Assembly: GCF_009914755.1 (NCBI RefSeq)
Contig: NC_060934.1
Direction: 5' to 3' (one strand)
Length of the DNA stretch: 64,000 bases
DNA from: the human T2T-CHM13v2.0 reference genome, Homo sapiens
Part shown: positions 28,154 through 42,002 of the stretch, one piece after another
How positions within the stretch are numbered: the stretch's first letter is position 1
Layout of the letters: every line of letters begins with the position of its first letter
Notes under the pieces: model-generated
The model's input: only the letters and a program-made list of their open reading frames with translations
What the model was told of the DNA's origin: nothing
The model's database searches: none
Program-made: the position numbers and the translations under genes

Positions 28154-29404
28154 TCACTGATTTTTTTCCTTTTTGGTAGCCATCCACACTCAGTGTGTTT
28201 TGTCACCCAGCTTCCTTTGGATAAATGTCTTGTTTAATTTGAGTGTGCCTCTCTTTGAATTGTGAACCCTTCATCTTGTCCTTTTTGCTGACCTTTGGCT
28301 CCATTTTGGCATTTTTCTGTCATTTTATGGACATACAGAACATGGTCTATTCACAAACCTATCCTTCTTTCCTTTGCATCTCTTCTTATTACCTATGCCT
28401 TGTATATATAATATTCCCTGCTCTAAGACATCAGGTGGCATTAATAAATATGATGCTGGAATGCCCTTCACTCTAGCTACCTGGGGCAGTGGTGGGGGGC
28501 GTGGTAAATGGTCAGCTAGTCAGAAGATTCCATAATCCTAAACGGAATTACTGGGATTTGTGAGCTAAAGTTAAGCACTGGGTATTTTAGGTGTTTAGTT
28601 TTTTCCATGCTTCAATGTCTTTATTGTTCAAGAGTAAAAATATAAACTTCATGACTACGTGGTTAATCATAATGATGAAGACAAGGGAGGGCAAATGAGT
28701 CTCACCTCAAATGCTAAGACCCCGCTCCATGCTGGGCTGGGCCCTGAGGCTTCAATGGCAGAGCTTGGAGGAGACATGCACCATGTCAGTGCTGGTACTT
28801 GCTGTCCATAATGTAGATAGACGGTTAGCTCAGACAACAATGTGCATCTTTTGCTGCTCTTTTGAGCCACACCATCACGGAAAAATGAACTCTTCAAATT
28901 GGGATTCTATCTCTGTAAGTAGTCTCCATGTTGGTTCTTTTTCTGACCATAGTTCATCTTGGAGCCATATGTTTCATACTTTCCATGGGGAAAAATGTGC
29001 CTAGAATTAATGGAATGAATGATGTTGATTTATAAGCAAAATATGTCTTATTTTAAAATAAAGCATGATGGTGTGTTATGAATTCCTATCAGTAAAACAA
29101 TCTAGACATGTTCTTTAAACACAAATCCTCTAAGGGATGAGACTAAGGACCCTTGGAGGACATTCAAGGTCATCTAATAGTAAAGTTGTCAGCTACATGG
29201 ATCAAATTATATGGTTATCAGGACTATGGGAATGGTCTTTAATATCTAGATTATTGGAACCTGAGAGGATGCTGCCAGAAAGAAGTCTTTCTTACTTGAC
29301 ACATAGCTTTATTAAAGGATGTGATGGGCTTTACCAGGCTTTTAAAAGTTCCCAGTGATACTTTTGAGCCTCTAATCTGAATTTCTCTCTTTCTTTTTTT
29401 ATTT

Positions 29405-29726
<322 letters not shown>

Positions 29727-30007
29727 TTTAATTTTATTTTTTATTTTTGGGGAAATAGGATCTCACTCAGCTGCCCAGGCTGGAGTGCAGTAGCATGATC
29801 ATGGTTCACTGTAGCATTGTCCTCCTCTGGCTCAATTGATCCTCCCATCTCAGCCTCCAAAGTAAATGATACTACGGGCATGTGCCACCATGCCTGGCTA
29901 ATTTTTTATTTTTTGTACAGGCTAGTCTCAAACTTCTGAGTTCAAGCAATCTTCCCGCCTTGGCCTCGGAGTGCTGGGATTACAGGCCTGCGCCACTATG
30001 CCTGGCC
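29727..30007 (-). mobile_element. AluJ-type SINE
   Basis: Diverged antisense Alu; TGAATTTCT flanks the whole composite. Confidence 0.88.
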
Positions 30008-30452
30008 TGAATTTCTTTCTAACTGCCTATCTCAGATATGTTCCTTCCTGCAAGGCAACAACAAAATGTGATTGTGGTCATGTCTAGATACTACAAAGAA
30101 TATCACAGCCTGCTCTAAGCCTGTATAGAGAAAGTCAATGATTTTTCCAGATAAGTCAAACATGTTAGGGGACATTCCCTAGGAGTGTTCTAAGTATGCC
30201 TGGGCTCTCAAATTGGCAATCTCATTGTTGGGGAATTTTTATGTCTGACACATAAAGTATGAGGATTCATTCCTGGAGTGATAACAGTCTTAAAACACTA
30301 GATAATGGAAAAAAAAAAAAAAGAAAAAAAACAGTAAATGGAGAAAAAAAAATCAAACTTCTGTTGAGATAAGCTTGATGATTTGAAATTAATTTATCCT
30401 CCTGTCCCCTAGGATTTCATGTTGACTGAAGTGTGGAATATATACAAAATAC

Positions 30453-30762
30453 AGCCGGGGTGCAGTGGCTCACACCTGTAACCCCAGCACTTTGGGAGGC
30501 CGAGGTGGGTGGATCACCTGAGGTAAGTAGTTCAAGATCAGCCTGACCAACATGGTGAAACCCTGTCTCTACTAAAAATACAAAAAAAAAAAAAAAAAAA
30601 AAAAAATTAGCCAGGCATGGTGGCATGTGGCTGTAATCCCAGCTACTTGGGAGGCTGAGAATTTCTTGAACCCAGGAGGTGGAGGTTGCTGTGAGCCAAG
30701 ATCGTACCATTGCACTCAAGCCTGGGTGACAAGGGCAAAACACCATCTCAAAAAAAAAAAAG
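30453..30762 (+). mobile_element. AluS with expanded middle A tract
   Basis: Alu dimer with a long pure A linker. Confidence 0.93.
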
Positions 30763-32630
30763 TATAAACAAGAAAGAGAAAAATGACATGTAATTTCTTC
30801 GCCCAGAGATAAAATCAGTTAACAATTTGGTTTATTGTCTTTTAACCCTTTAATTCCCTCCATTGTTTTGAAATTTTATATTTTATATTTTGCATCAAAA
30901 ATATGAACTATTGATCAAATCAATTCATCATCAGACTAATCAGATTAATTCTGATTCATGCTCTATCAAACCCATCACCTTTTTTTTTTTCCTTTTTCTT
31001 TTACTGACCCATCACCTTTGGACCATGCAAGAACATTTTTGGGAAGACAAGACTCTTTTCCCCTGGTGTCAGAAGTAAAGACCTACAGATATACCAGCAG
31101 TCTCTCAGCATCGGTAGCCTCATTAGGGAGCTACTGAATAGCAGCTAATGGTCTTCTGTAGAACATAAGTTGAAACAATACTAGATAGAATGATTATTAC
31201 AAAAACAACCAGTATCTGTGGACTGCTTGCTACATGTCAATCTGTTGAATCTTCACAAAAGCCAAATGAGATGGGTACCACATCTTTCATGGGAAGTAAC
31301 TGGGTTCAGAGAGATTAAAAACCTTCTGCAGTCACACAGCCAGTAGCAGCAGATCTGAGATGGGAATGTAGGTCGTCCGACTCCAGAGTCTGCACCCACT
31401 AAAAACTATGTACAACTTCTCCTCAGAACACTTCAAACCCTGCATTCTGAGGGGGTATTTCAAAGGAGCTCCTGCAAAGATCTCTGCTTCCTTATGGAGA
31501 GGTCCTAAGATACCTATTTTCAAATACCACCACAGTATTTATAGCTGGTGCCAAAAAGTTCATTCGATTTAGTCTGCTTTATTTGATTTTCGTAAAATCC
31601 AAAGTTTGTCCACAGATAAGCTTTAGTGCACATACTACATTCCAATAAAAACCCTAACCCTTTCACTTTCAACCTTTTCAACTATTTTCGTTGGTTCACT
31701 CCCCGTGACAGTTTCCTCCCTTGACTGAAAAACTTCAGGTCCCTTTACTTGTCACTACAGGAGGGGCACTAGGTGTATGATCTGAGCTGGCCTTACAGAA
31801 GAAAGTCCCTGTCATGTTAGTTTTTCTTGTATGAACTCGTCCGTGCTTCTGAGAAGTAAAAGCCAACTGCCTCAAATTTTCCTATAGCCTTTTCTAATAT
31901 TTTACCCACCTCAGGGACTGGTTTCTGTTCTAGCATCTCCTTTTCATTTTACCATAGTTCCATTTTTTTTTTCTTTTTTCATTATATCCTTATATAAATA
32001 TGTGTTCCAATTCCTGTACGTGTAAAAGCACATAATTATATCTCTGATTCATTCCACAAACAGTTATAGAGTGCTGTTCCAGGCAATGAAAATGCAGATA
32101 AATGACCCAGTTCTCATCCTAAAGGACATTCCTGCCCAGTGGGAAACACAGAGTGAGGCAAGGAGGGAAATTTTATGCAGGATAATAGGTGCTACGATTG
32201 AACCAAGCGTGGTGTAAAGGGAGCCCAGAGGATGTTCTCAACTGTGGAAGGCATCAGGAAAGCTGCTTTCTGTTGGTGAAAAAACTCATCACATACATTT
32301 TATTCATAACATGACTTCCACTTCTATTCTTGAAATTTCTTTTCTTCCCAAGCTCCGTAACCTCAATGACAACAGCGTACGTGCAAGAAAAAGGCAGAAG
32401 GGATTGAAAACTGTGCTCCGGAAAAGCAATTCAATGTTTCTTTTGAAAATAATGAAAAGATATAGATCCCCAAAGTCAGCAGAACACATTTTATTAATAG
32501 GAACAGCCATATACAACACCGGGTGATTCAATATCGAAAAGAAACAAAAATCCTACAAAGATCTGACATCACAGGGAGATAAAAATTGGCCCTGGCCGGC
32601 ATACCCTGACAGGTCCAAATTGAAAATGGA

Positions 32631-32861
32631 AACACATGGACACAGGAAGGGGAACATCACACTCTGGGGACTGTTGTGGAGTGGGGGGAGGGTGGAGGGA
32701 TAGCTTTAGGAGATATACCTAATGCTAATTGACTAGTTAATGGGTGCAGCAAAACAGCATGGCACACGTATACATATGTAACTAACCTGCACATTGTGCA
32801 CATGTACCCTAAAACTTAAAGTATAATAAAATAAAATAAAATAAAAAAAGGAAAAAGAAAA
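32631..32861 (+). mobile_element. 5'-truncated young L1PA 3' end (PA2-PA4-like)
   Basis: ACTCTGGGGACTGTTGTGG...AAACTTAAAGTATAATAAA; TSD GAAAATGGAAACACA at 32622-32636 and 32862-32876. Confidence 0.93.
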
Positions 32862-33817
32862 GAAAATGGAAACACAAACACACAACCCTTGTAGGAATGA
32901 TCTGGGGACCTTCTCACAAGGTGCGGGACCACAGGGCAATTTCACATTGCTAGCCATCACATGCTGTGCAGTGCTTCTTTTCCAGGGAGGCTTTTGGCTT
33001 TCCGCAGAAACCCATGGAAACTGCCACTCAAACTTTTTCATCCTAAGAGGAGCCATCCAGAATGATTTCATGTAACAGCAGTGACCTGTAAAATTAATTC
33101 CAAACAACGGATACTTTCTGTGTCCCCTATAAATGTTCAAATTACAAACGCTCATGTCGTGTGCTTCATGATATTGTATATGCTTCATGGGTCTCGACTG
33201 TCTTTCACTGAGATCGCAGGCCCACTCATGTGAGGCAAGCTGTACTTTCCTTTGATTTTTAATCTTTATTTACCGTATTTTTGGGAGGCCCTACTTTTCA
33301 GGGCTCCATGGTTCTGGAGCATGACTCTCTTCTGATTCTTGTTCCTCTGAATTTCCCTGGAATAAGCAGCTGTTGAAGTTGACAAGAGTCCCAGAATCTG
33401 GGTCAGCAGAACTGAAAACACGTAGGTGGTTCCAGTGGAAATGGGTGTCAACTCCAGCTGGCTCCCATGGGTGTTCTTGATTCTGTCCCAAATGTAAAAT
33501 GTAGTTTATAATAAGCTTGATAGGGTTAGTCATCTAACCATTAACTTCAGCCTGGGTAAATCCTTGCCCTGATCTTTAAGACAATGCGCCTTGAGACAGT
33601 GGCTTTTATATTTACCTTATCAGGAAGGTAAGCATAGAGAGGATTTGGGGGCAGAGAAGGGAGTGTGGAGGCCAGTCTAGGGATAATGGAGAAATAAGGA
33701 AAGAAATGATTATGGGACTGGTTGGGAATATAAGATATGAAGAGTATCGTAAAATCCATGGATGATGTATCTTGAGAAAAAGAAGGCTTCCTTTAGGAGT
33801 GGTGGAAAATGGAGGTA

Positions 33818-34108
33818 TTTTTTTTTGAGACAGAGTCTTGCTCTGTCACCCAGGCTGGTGTACAGTGGCGCGATCTTAGCTCACTGCAACCTCCACCTCC
33901 CAGATTCAAGAGATTCTCCTGCCTCAGCCTCCTGAGTATCTAGAATTACAGGCATCTGCCACCACACCCGGTGATTTCTTTCTTGTATTTTTAGTGGAGA
34001 TGGGGTTTCACCATCTTGGTCAGTCTGGTCTCGAACTCCTGACCTTTTGATCCACACCCTCGGCCTCCCAAAGTGCTGGGATTACATGTGTGAGCCACCG
34101 CACCCGAC
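33818..34108 (-). mobile_element. AluS-type SINE
   Basis: Antisense Alu dimer. Confidence 0.92.
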
Positions 34109-34599
34109 AGGGGAGGTTTATACACAGGAAAGTGACAAGGCGAAAAGTATACTTAAGCAAGTGTAGTGTGCCGGTGACGTATGAAAGACACTAAACATGG
34201 GAAGTGAGGGAGAAATAGGATGATAAGATTCAATAATTCACATTTGGAAAAGAAAGAGAGTTTAGTGTGGTGTAGATCGTAGAGCTGGAAAGGAACAAAT
34301 GGACATTAGATTTGTAAGGTGAATAACTTACATTATGCGTTTTCTGATTTGACCGGGAAAACAAGAAAAGCCACACTAAGTGGCACTGAGCTTTGAGTCT
34401 GGGCAGAAAAAATATTGTGGTGCCATGTGGTGCCACTTCTAGGGATAATGAAATTACAAGGTGGACATGATCTAGTGGGAGTAGAAGATACTCTTGGTTT
34501 TGGACATGCTGAGTATTAGGAGTTGATATCAGAATGTAAGTATCAGCAGGCTGTTTGATAGTCCTGTGCCATCAGCAGAGAGGAGAAAAAGAAGGCTTT

Positions 34600-34950
34600 A
34601 CAGCCATAAAAAAAGCATGAGATCATGTCTTTTGTGGGAACATGGATGGAGCTGGAGGTCATTATCCTTAGCAAACTAATGCAGAAACAAATCCAAATAC
34701 TGCGTGTTCTCCACGTTCTCATTTATAAGTGGGAGCAAAACAATGAGAACTCAAGAACACAAAGAAGGGAACCACAGACACTGGGGGTTCTGTTTGAGGG
34801 TAGGGGTGGGAGGAGGGAGAGGAGCAGAAAATATAACTGTTGGGTACTGGCTTAATACCTGGGTGATGAAATAATATGTACCACAAACGCTGGTGACACA
34901 AATTGGCCTATGTAACGAATCTTCACACATACCCCAGAACCTAAAAGAAA
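34600..34950 (+). mobile_element. Older L1PA 3' end
   Basis: ORF2 C-terminal remnant (SFVGTWMELEVIILSKL) plus 3'UTR. Confidence 0.88.
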
Positions 34951-35422
34951 GGTTTTTTATTTTCTATGTTTAAAAATAAGGTTGCAAAATAAGGAGAATC
35001 CAAAAATCCCATCTCCCTTCTCTTCTGGCCCAAACAAGAGTTTAGGGAAAATTTTTTGCAGGCTTGATATTTCTGAACCTGAAATTTCTGAAAAACAAAG
35101 AACTTACCCTTGCCAAATGTTCACCATAAATATCTGGCCTGTGGTTAGCCTTGGTCTAGGTATTATAATTTGTCTAATTGGTTGAAAAACACATTTTGAG
35201 GAGGACTCCAGGGTCAAAAGATGGAGTCCCCTTCTCCTTCCCAACCTTGGGGCCAGCATTAGCCCTTTGCTTTTGGGTTTTCATATTACTGAGGGCCTGA
35301 CTATAATTGACCAACACTTTCATAATAAAGAACTGCATGATGAAAACGACAATATGAAATTAGTATCAATAAGAGTTAACACTCTTTGCCTATTAGAATG
35401 ACATTAGGAGTTTTATAATATT

Positions 35423-35655
35423 GCTGTTCTCAGACCAATGGAATCAGTATCTCTGCCGGGTGGCATCTACATGTTGATGTTTTTGTAAAATCTCTCAGGT
35501 GATGCAGGGTTGAAACCACCAGAAAAATGGAACAATGATTCTGAACCTTAGCTCTACGTCGGATTCACCTTGGGAGCTTTAAAAATATGTAGATACCCAA
35601 GTCTCACCCCACAGACAGTCTGTTGAGCGGCCAAGGTTGAGAACCACCGATCTAG
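35423..35655. mobile_element. MER5-family (hAT-Charlie) relics
   Basis: GAATCAGTATCTCTG...CAGGTGAT...GTTGAAACCAC and CCAAGGTTGAGAACCAC termini. Confidence 0.65.
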
Positions 35656-36999
35656 TCTTTGGTTGTCTCAAGAAACACTTTGCAACTTTGCTATCTGAAA
35701 CAAGTGAAACACTTGTTTTGAAGGGCAGAAGCAGCACAGCTATGGGAGAAGGCACTGGATATTTTTGCTACAGGCATAACAAACTCAATTGTCAGCTAAC
35801 TTTTCATCACAGGATCTTTCTTGCAGGTCACAATGAGGTAAGAAGCAGAAAACTACCACTAGGATTTTCAAATCCCAGGTTGAGTGTGTATTGTTGGCAG
35901 TTAGAAGGATGGTGTTTTAACTTGTAAAACTGAACCAATTTTGAACTCAAATCATGGAGACAATAAATGTCATTTACCAGTGCTTGTCTGGGGAAAAACT
36001 CTTCTTAGAACTCTGTGACAAGATGAAATGTACACATATAAAAATCATAGTCAGCAACTCCAGTTTACTACACAAAAATCTGGAATCTTACAGGAGTTCT
36101 CCCCCAAGACAACAGAAAGAGGATTACAACAGGTGCTTTCTCACCCATTCATTTTTTCTAGTTTACACAGATACATCATTTCACAACATCCTCCATCTAT
36201 ATGTGTTTTAGATTTATTCTGAATATCTTTAAAAAGCAATACAGATATCTGGTTTTCTTAAGTTCCTTTTTAAAAAATCTACTTTTACCTAGAGCCTGTT
36301 TAATATACTATCTATCTACGAACCAATGCATTTTTAAAAGTGAACTCTCCCCTGCCTGGATTGCCCCTCCATTTATTAAGATGATACTTTTCCTTTTCAG
36401 TTGTTCAAGTCTCATCTTGTCTGTGAAGTCTCCCTGCCTCTGTTCTACACAGATTCTTCCCTCTTTTGAATTGTTGCAGTTCTTGTCTGTTCCATTCACT
36501 TGTCGCATATAGTGATAAGCTTTGTTCTGGCTTTTCTTCTCAACTAAGATTGGAAGCTCCTTCAGAAGCAGAGATGAAGCACGGCCAATTTTATATTCTT
36601 ACTCAGCAAAATGCCTTCCACATAGTAGATGCTCAGTTAATTGATGTTGGTTGGTGGTGGATTACCTGGTGGTTGTGCCCCGTGATTTGGGGCTCATTCC
36701 TTAATCTCTCTAAAATCAGTGCCATTCTCTGTACTATGGAGATATTTATCTTCTAGTGCCATGGAGAGGATTTAGAATCATGGTGTATGAATTGTTTAGC
36801 ACATCCTGGCATACAGGAATCATCTGATAAGTGACTGCTGGTTGTTAAATAAGCCAGAAGCATCTGAGGAAGTCAGGGAAAGTGGGCATGACATGCTGTG
36901 CAGGGTGGGGAAAGTGGAGTCTGTTACGTTAAGGTAGTGGTCAACAGAGGCCTCCATGGTAGTTTCACCTAAGAAGAGACCAGAAGAAAGCAAAGACGT

Positions 37000-37292
37000 G
37001 GCAAGGCATGGTGGCTCACGCCTGTAATCCCAGCACTTTGGGAGGCTGAGGTGGGCAGATCACTTGAAGGTCAGCAGTTTGAGACCAGACTGGCCAACAT
37101 GGTGAAAACCCCTCTCTACCACAAATTCAAAAATTATGTGGTGGGTGCATGTAATCCCAGATACACAGGAGGCTAAGGCATGAGAATCACTTGAACCCGA
37201 GAGGTGGAGGTTGCAGTGAGCTGAGATTTTTCCACTGAACTCTAGCCTGGGTGACAAAGCAAGACTTCATCTCAAAAAAAAAAAAAAAAAAA
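37000..37292 (+). mobile_element. AluS-type SINE
   Basis: Alu with small deletion at the right-arm start; AAAGCAAA flanks. Confidence 0.92.
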
Positions 37293-37314
37293 GCAAATGA
37301 AAATGTCCCCAGGT

Positions 37315-37492
37315 AGGCCTGTTGTGGGGTGGGGGCAGGGGGAGAGATAGCATTAGGAGATACACTTAATGTTAAATGACAAGTTAATGGGTGCAGCACA
37401 CCAACATGGCACATGGATACATATGTAACTAACCTGCATGCTGTGCACATGCACCCTAAAAGTTAAAGTATAAAAAAAATGTAAAAAAAAAG
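37315..37492 (+). mobile_element. 5'-truncated L1PA 3' end
   Basis: L1 3'UTR; degenerate TSD GAAAATGTCCCCAGGTAGG / GAAAAGATCCCAAGGTAGG. Confidence 0.9.
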
Positions 37493-37780
37493 AAAAGATC
37501 CCAAGGTAGGAATGTGCTTATTCCACTGGATTGGTGGATTAGAGAACAATGAGAGAATGTGAGACTATTCCCTGGTCCGTGAACATTTCAGCAGAGAAGG
37601 GGGGGGATATCCAAAATGGGTGGAGCGTTAACTGTCCCTCTTCTGCAGATTCAACTTGAAGTTTTCAGAACGGGAATTTCTGCTCTGAATTTCTGCGATA
37701 CTTCAATGTTTCTCAGAGTGATAGAACTCAGAGGTGCAGAGGGCAGTCTGATTTCAGGCTGACTCTCTGTGTTGATACCT

Positions 37781-37896
37781 TAACCCTAGCTCTAACCCTA
37801 ACCCTAGCTCTAACCCTAACCCTAACCCTAGCTCTAACCCTAACTCTAATCCTAACCCTAACCCTAACCCTAACCCTAGCTCTAACCCTAACCCTA
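37781..37896. repeat. Short interstitial telomeric sequence (TAACCC)n
   Basis: 19 in-register hexamers: 13 TAACCC, 4 TAGCTC, 1 TAACTC, 1 TAATCC. Confidence 0.95.
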
Positions 37897-38005
37897 TGCA
37901 TGTGTCTCTTCCTTCTCTCTCGTTACTCAGTATATTCCTCCAGAAACTGTATCTTAGCTTGACGATGATAGCTTCACCAAATCAAAAAAAAAAAAAAAAA
38001 AAAAA

Positions 38006-38340
38006 AGCTGGGTGCAGTGGTTCACACCTGTAGCTCACACCTGTGGGCAGTGGCTCACACCTGTAATCCCAGCACTTTGGGAGGTCAAGGTGGGAGAATG
38101 GCTTCAGACCAGGAGTTCCAGACCAGCCTGGGCAATACAGAGAGACCCTGTCTCTACAAAAAGTAGAAAAAACTAGCCGGGTGTAGTGGTGCACACCTCT
38201 AGCCCCAGCCACTGGGTAGGCTGAGGTGGGAGCCTCACATGACCCCAAGAGTTAAGGCTGCTGTGAGCTTTGATCACTCCACTGCACTCCAGCCTGGCTA
38301 ACAGAGCAAAACCCTGTCTCTAAATAAATTAAAAAAAAAA
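38006..38340 (+). mobile_element. AluJ with tandemly duplicated 5' end
   Basis: TCACACCTGT three times (38022, 38035, 38055), then a normal Alu body. Confidence 0.9.
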
Positions 38341-38942
38341 TTTTTTTAAAGAGAAGTATTTGAATCAAGTGTGCTCTAACAGCTTTTTCTTCTGAGCTCT
38401 AACTTCCACATACATTTTCCTCATCCGAATGAGTTAGAGGTGGTGTTATCATCTCCACTTTACAGGTGAGATAATGGAGACGGATTTCATGTTTCTTTCA
38501 AGTCATTCCAAGTATACATGTTTTACATAAGTGATTTATAGATAAGTGACTTGTATATGTGACTGGGATAAAGTTAATCCATTCAAGCTGTTGTTATGGG
38601 ACTTTACCATTTCAAGGCAAAAAATTAAAAAAAAATTTCAGAATTTTCTGTTGATTGTCCCTTTAGAATTTCTTCAGGGTGTTTTGTTAAGCTCAAGTTT
38701 GAAGATGGCCTTTGACGAACTTGAAATAAGTTTGAGAAAATGTCGTTATAAAACTGTAGTGGTACAAAATATATATCATTCCAAAATACAGTGTTAAAGA
38801 GTATATAACATTGTGATTTATCTAACCCGTGTCACCTGCTGAGAGTTAATTGTCACAATTCAGTAACTATGCACCTTAAAACTCAATGTGAGACCCACTA
38901 TTTCAAAGCCCAGCCACTTTTTTTTTTTTTTTTTTTTTTTTA

Positions 38943-39624
<682 letters not shown>

Positions 39625-39954
39625 AAGAAATGCAATGCTGCATGGCAGCCGCCAAAAGGATGTTTCCCAAGAGAGACTGTTTGCAAAATCGACCACCACT
39701 CCCCCTGCAACAACCTGAAACCTCTCCTAGTATCTCTGACTTTTTCCTTAGTGACTCATTACAGTCCTGTTATCCACAATTATGGCTCTTATAGGATTCT
39801 GACCTATTTCTTGAAAAGCAACATATTCCGCCTATCTATATAATTTGCATTTTAAAATGCATTTCAGTTATTTTTTTCTTTTCTCCATCTTTTACATTTT
39901 TTGATTGAGTCCTATTTATTTTTAATTAATTAGTTAACTTGAACTAATGAGTGA

Positions 39955-40065
39955 GCAGTGATGCGATCATAGCTCACTGCAGCCTCAAACTCCTGGGCTC
40001 AAGTGATTCTTCCGCCTCAGCCTCCCGCTAGCTGGGACCACAGGCGTGCATCACCATGCCCAGTT
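39955..40065 (-). mobile_element. Partial Alu right arm / FRAM
   Basis: GATCATAGCTCACTGCAGCCTCAAACTCCTGGGCTCAAG. Confidence 0.8.
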
Positions 40066-40413
40066 TATTTCTATTTTAAAGATAAAACCGAGCCCCTTTC
40101 CTGTGGCCATAAATAAGAAAACTTGTATTCTGGAAGGAGGGGTGGCAGTATTGGGGACATATAGGGTGCTGTGGGATGAGCCAGCCCTGCAGAAGGTACA
40201 AAAGAGAAAGGAAAAAAAAAAAACAGATGAGGTTCATGTCTGAACTGCGGAATCCCTCCTTACTTCAGTGTGATCTAGGCTTTTCGGTTATAGACAGCAA
40301 GAATTCTATCAGTCATCATTGAAAAAGCGACAAAAAAAGCAGAAACCACAGGGTTTCCTGGTTTTCTTTAAAGATGGGACTACTTTTCCAATTTCTTTGA
40401 GTCTGCAATTAAG

Positions 40414-40595
40414 TTTTTTTTTTCCCCCAACTTTTATTTTAGGTTCAGGGGATATATGTACAGGTTTGTTACATGCGTAAATTGCGTGTTGCGGGTATTT
40501 AGCGTACAGATTATTTTGTCACACAGGTAAAGAGCATAGTGCTTAATTGGTAGTTTTTTGATCTTCTACCCTCCACTGTCAATCAGGCCCCAGTG
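40414..40595 (-). mobile_element. Old L1PA (PA15/16-like) 3' end
   Basis: ACTTTTATTTTAGGTTCAGGGG...GTTTGTTACATG antisense L1 terminus. Confidence 0.8.
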
Positions 40596-41629
40596 AGTTT
40601 TATATGAGGACAAGAACCATTATTTTTTTTCCTGGTACATCTTTCATGAAGCCTACCCCTTCATGAACTTAAAAAAATCTGCAGTTATAGCTAAGTGTTA
40701 TCTTTTTAAAACAATTTACAGTGATTCCTATATTCTTGTGACAGGTCAGAGCCCATATATTTGGGTTTTTTGTTTTTTTTTTTGGTTATTGATCATATTC
40801 TATATTGGGGAAAAAGACAAATAAAACCTGAATCAAAATTTGTGTTATAGTTTTATTGGTGAAGGTCACATAATAATTCAGTAGTATATATAAAGGTTGA
40901 TGGTCAAAATGTTGCTAGTAGGATTAAAATACTCAAGGTGATAATACAGTGGCACCTGGCATTCTGAAACTGTCTGCACTCATTTCTCTGTGTTCACTTG
41001 CCAATAAATTCCATCACGTGAACAATGTCCTGGGGCCAAACTCCCCACCTGGGGAGGAAAAGTACAGAGGCTTGGCATTGTCATTATCTCCAGGAAACTT
41101 CATCCAGAAGTTCTGAAGCCAATAATCCATTTCTGGCTGCTCCTCCCTCCCAAGCTGTTCCTTATACAGACACTCCTTGAATTAATAGGCAAGGAAAACA
41201 AAAACATCATTTATAAATTTAGCAGTAGGAGAACATATAGTTGTCTACATAAACAAAAAGCTTATTTGTTATCCAAACAATCTAACTATAACTTTTTTTA
41301 GGGAAATAGTTCCAAAATATCACCACATTTTTGCGTATATCAATCACAATTTTCCATGATCATTGTCATAAAAGAAACGTAAATTTTATATTCTGTGTTC
41401 AAAATGAATTGTGTTTTGTATTTTGTCCTGGCTATTGGATTTTGTGTAGGCGGTACAGGAGGGAGTGAGGTTTAGCAGTTCAGAGGCTGGGTTTAGATTC
41501 AGACTATCAAATCTGGGTTCAAATTTGGCTCCAGTCTACTGTGTGACAGTGGGCAAGTTGCTTAATAACTTTGCTCCTCAGTTACTCATCTGTAAAGTGA
41601 AATTTAAAAAAAAATTCCCCTAGAGATGT

Positions 41630-42002
41630 TGGATTAGTCCATTTTGCATCGCCATAAAGAAGAACCTAAGGCTGGGTGAGTTACAGAGAAAAGAGACTCA
41701 TTTGGCTCACGGTTCTGCAGGATGTACCAGCACGGTGCCAGCATCTGTCTGGCTTCTGGTGAGGCCTCAGGGAGCTTATGTTCACGGCAGAAGGCAAAGG
41801 GGGCGTGGTGCAGCACATGGCGGGAGGCAGAGCAAGAGAGAGCCAGGTCCTTTTAAACAACCAGATCTCCTGGGAACTCCTACCGTAAGGACAGCACCAA
41901 GCCACTCAGGAGGGATCTGCCTTCATGTCCCAAACACCTCCAACACTGGAGGTCACATTTCAGCCTGAGATTTGGAGGGGACGAAACATCCAAACCACAT
42001 CA
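41630..42002 (-). mobile_element. MSTB-type (ERVL-MaLR) solo LTR
   Basis: TG...CA termini; 5-bp TSD GATGT (41625-41629, 42003-42007); TTTGGCTCACGGTTCTGCAGG and CTTCTGGTGAGGCCTCAGG motifs. Confidence 0.88.

Noticed and set aside
28785-28820. REST/NRSE-like GCTGTCCAT
   Set aside because: Only a half site matches.
37781-37896. Chromosome end or telomere fusion site
   Set aside because: The array is short, in one orientation, and lacks subtelomeric flanks or a head-to-head switch.
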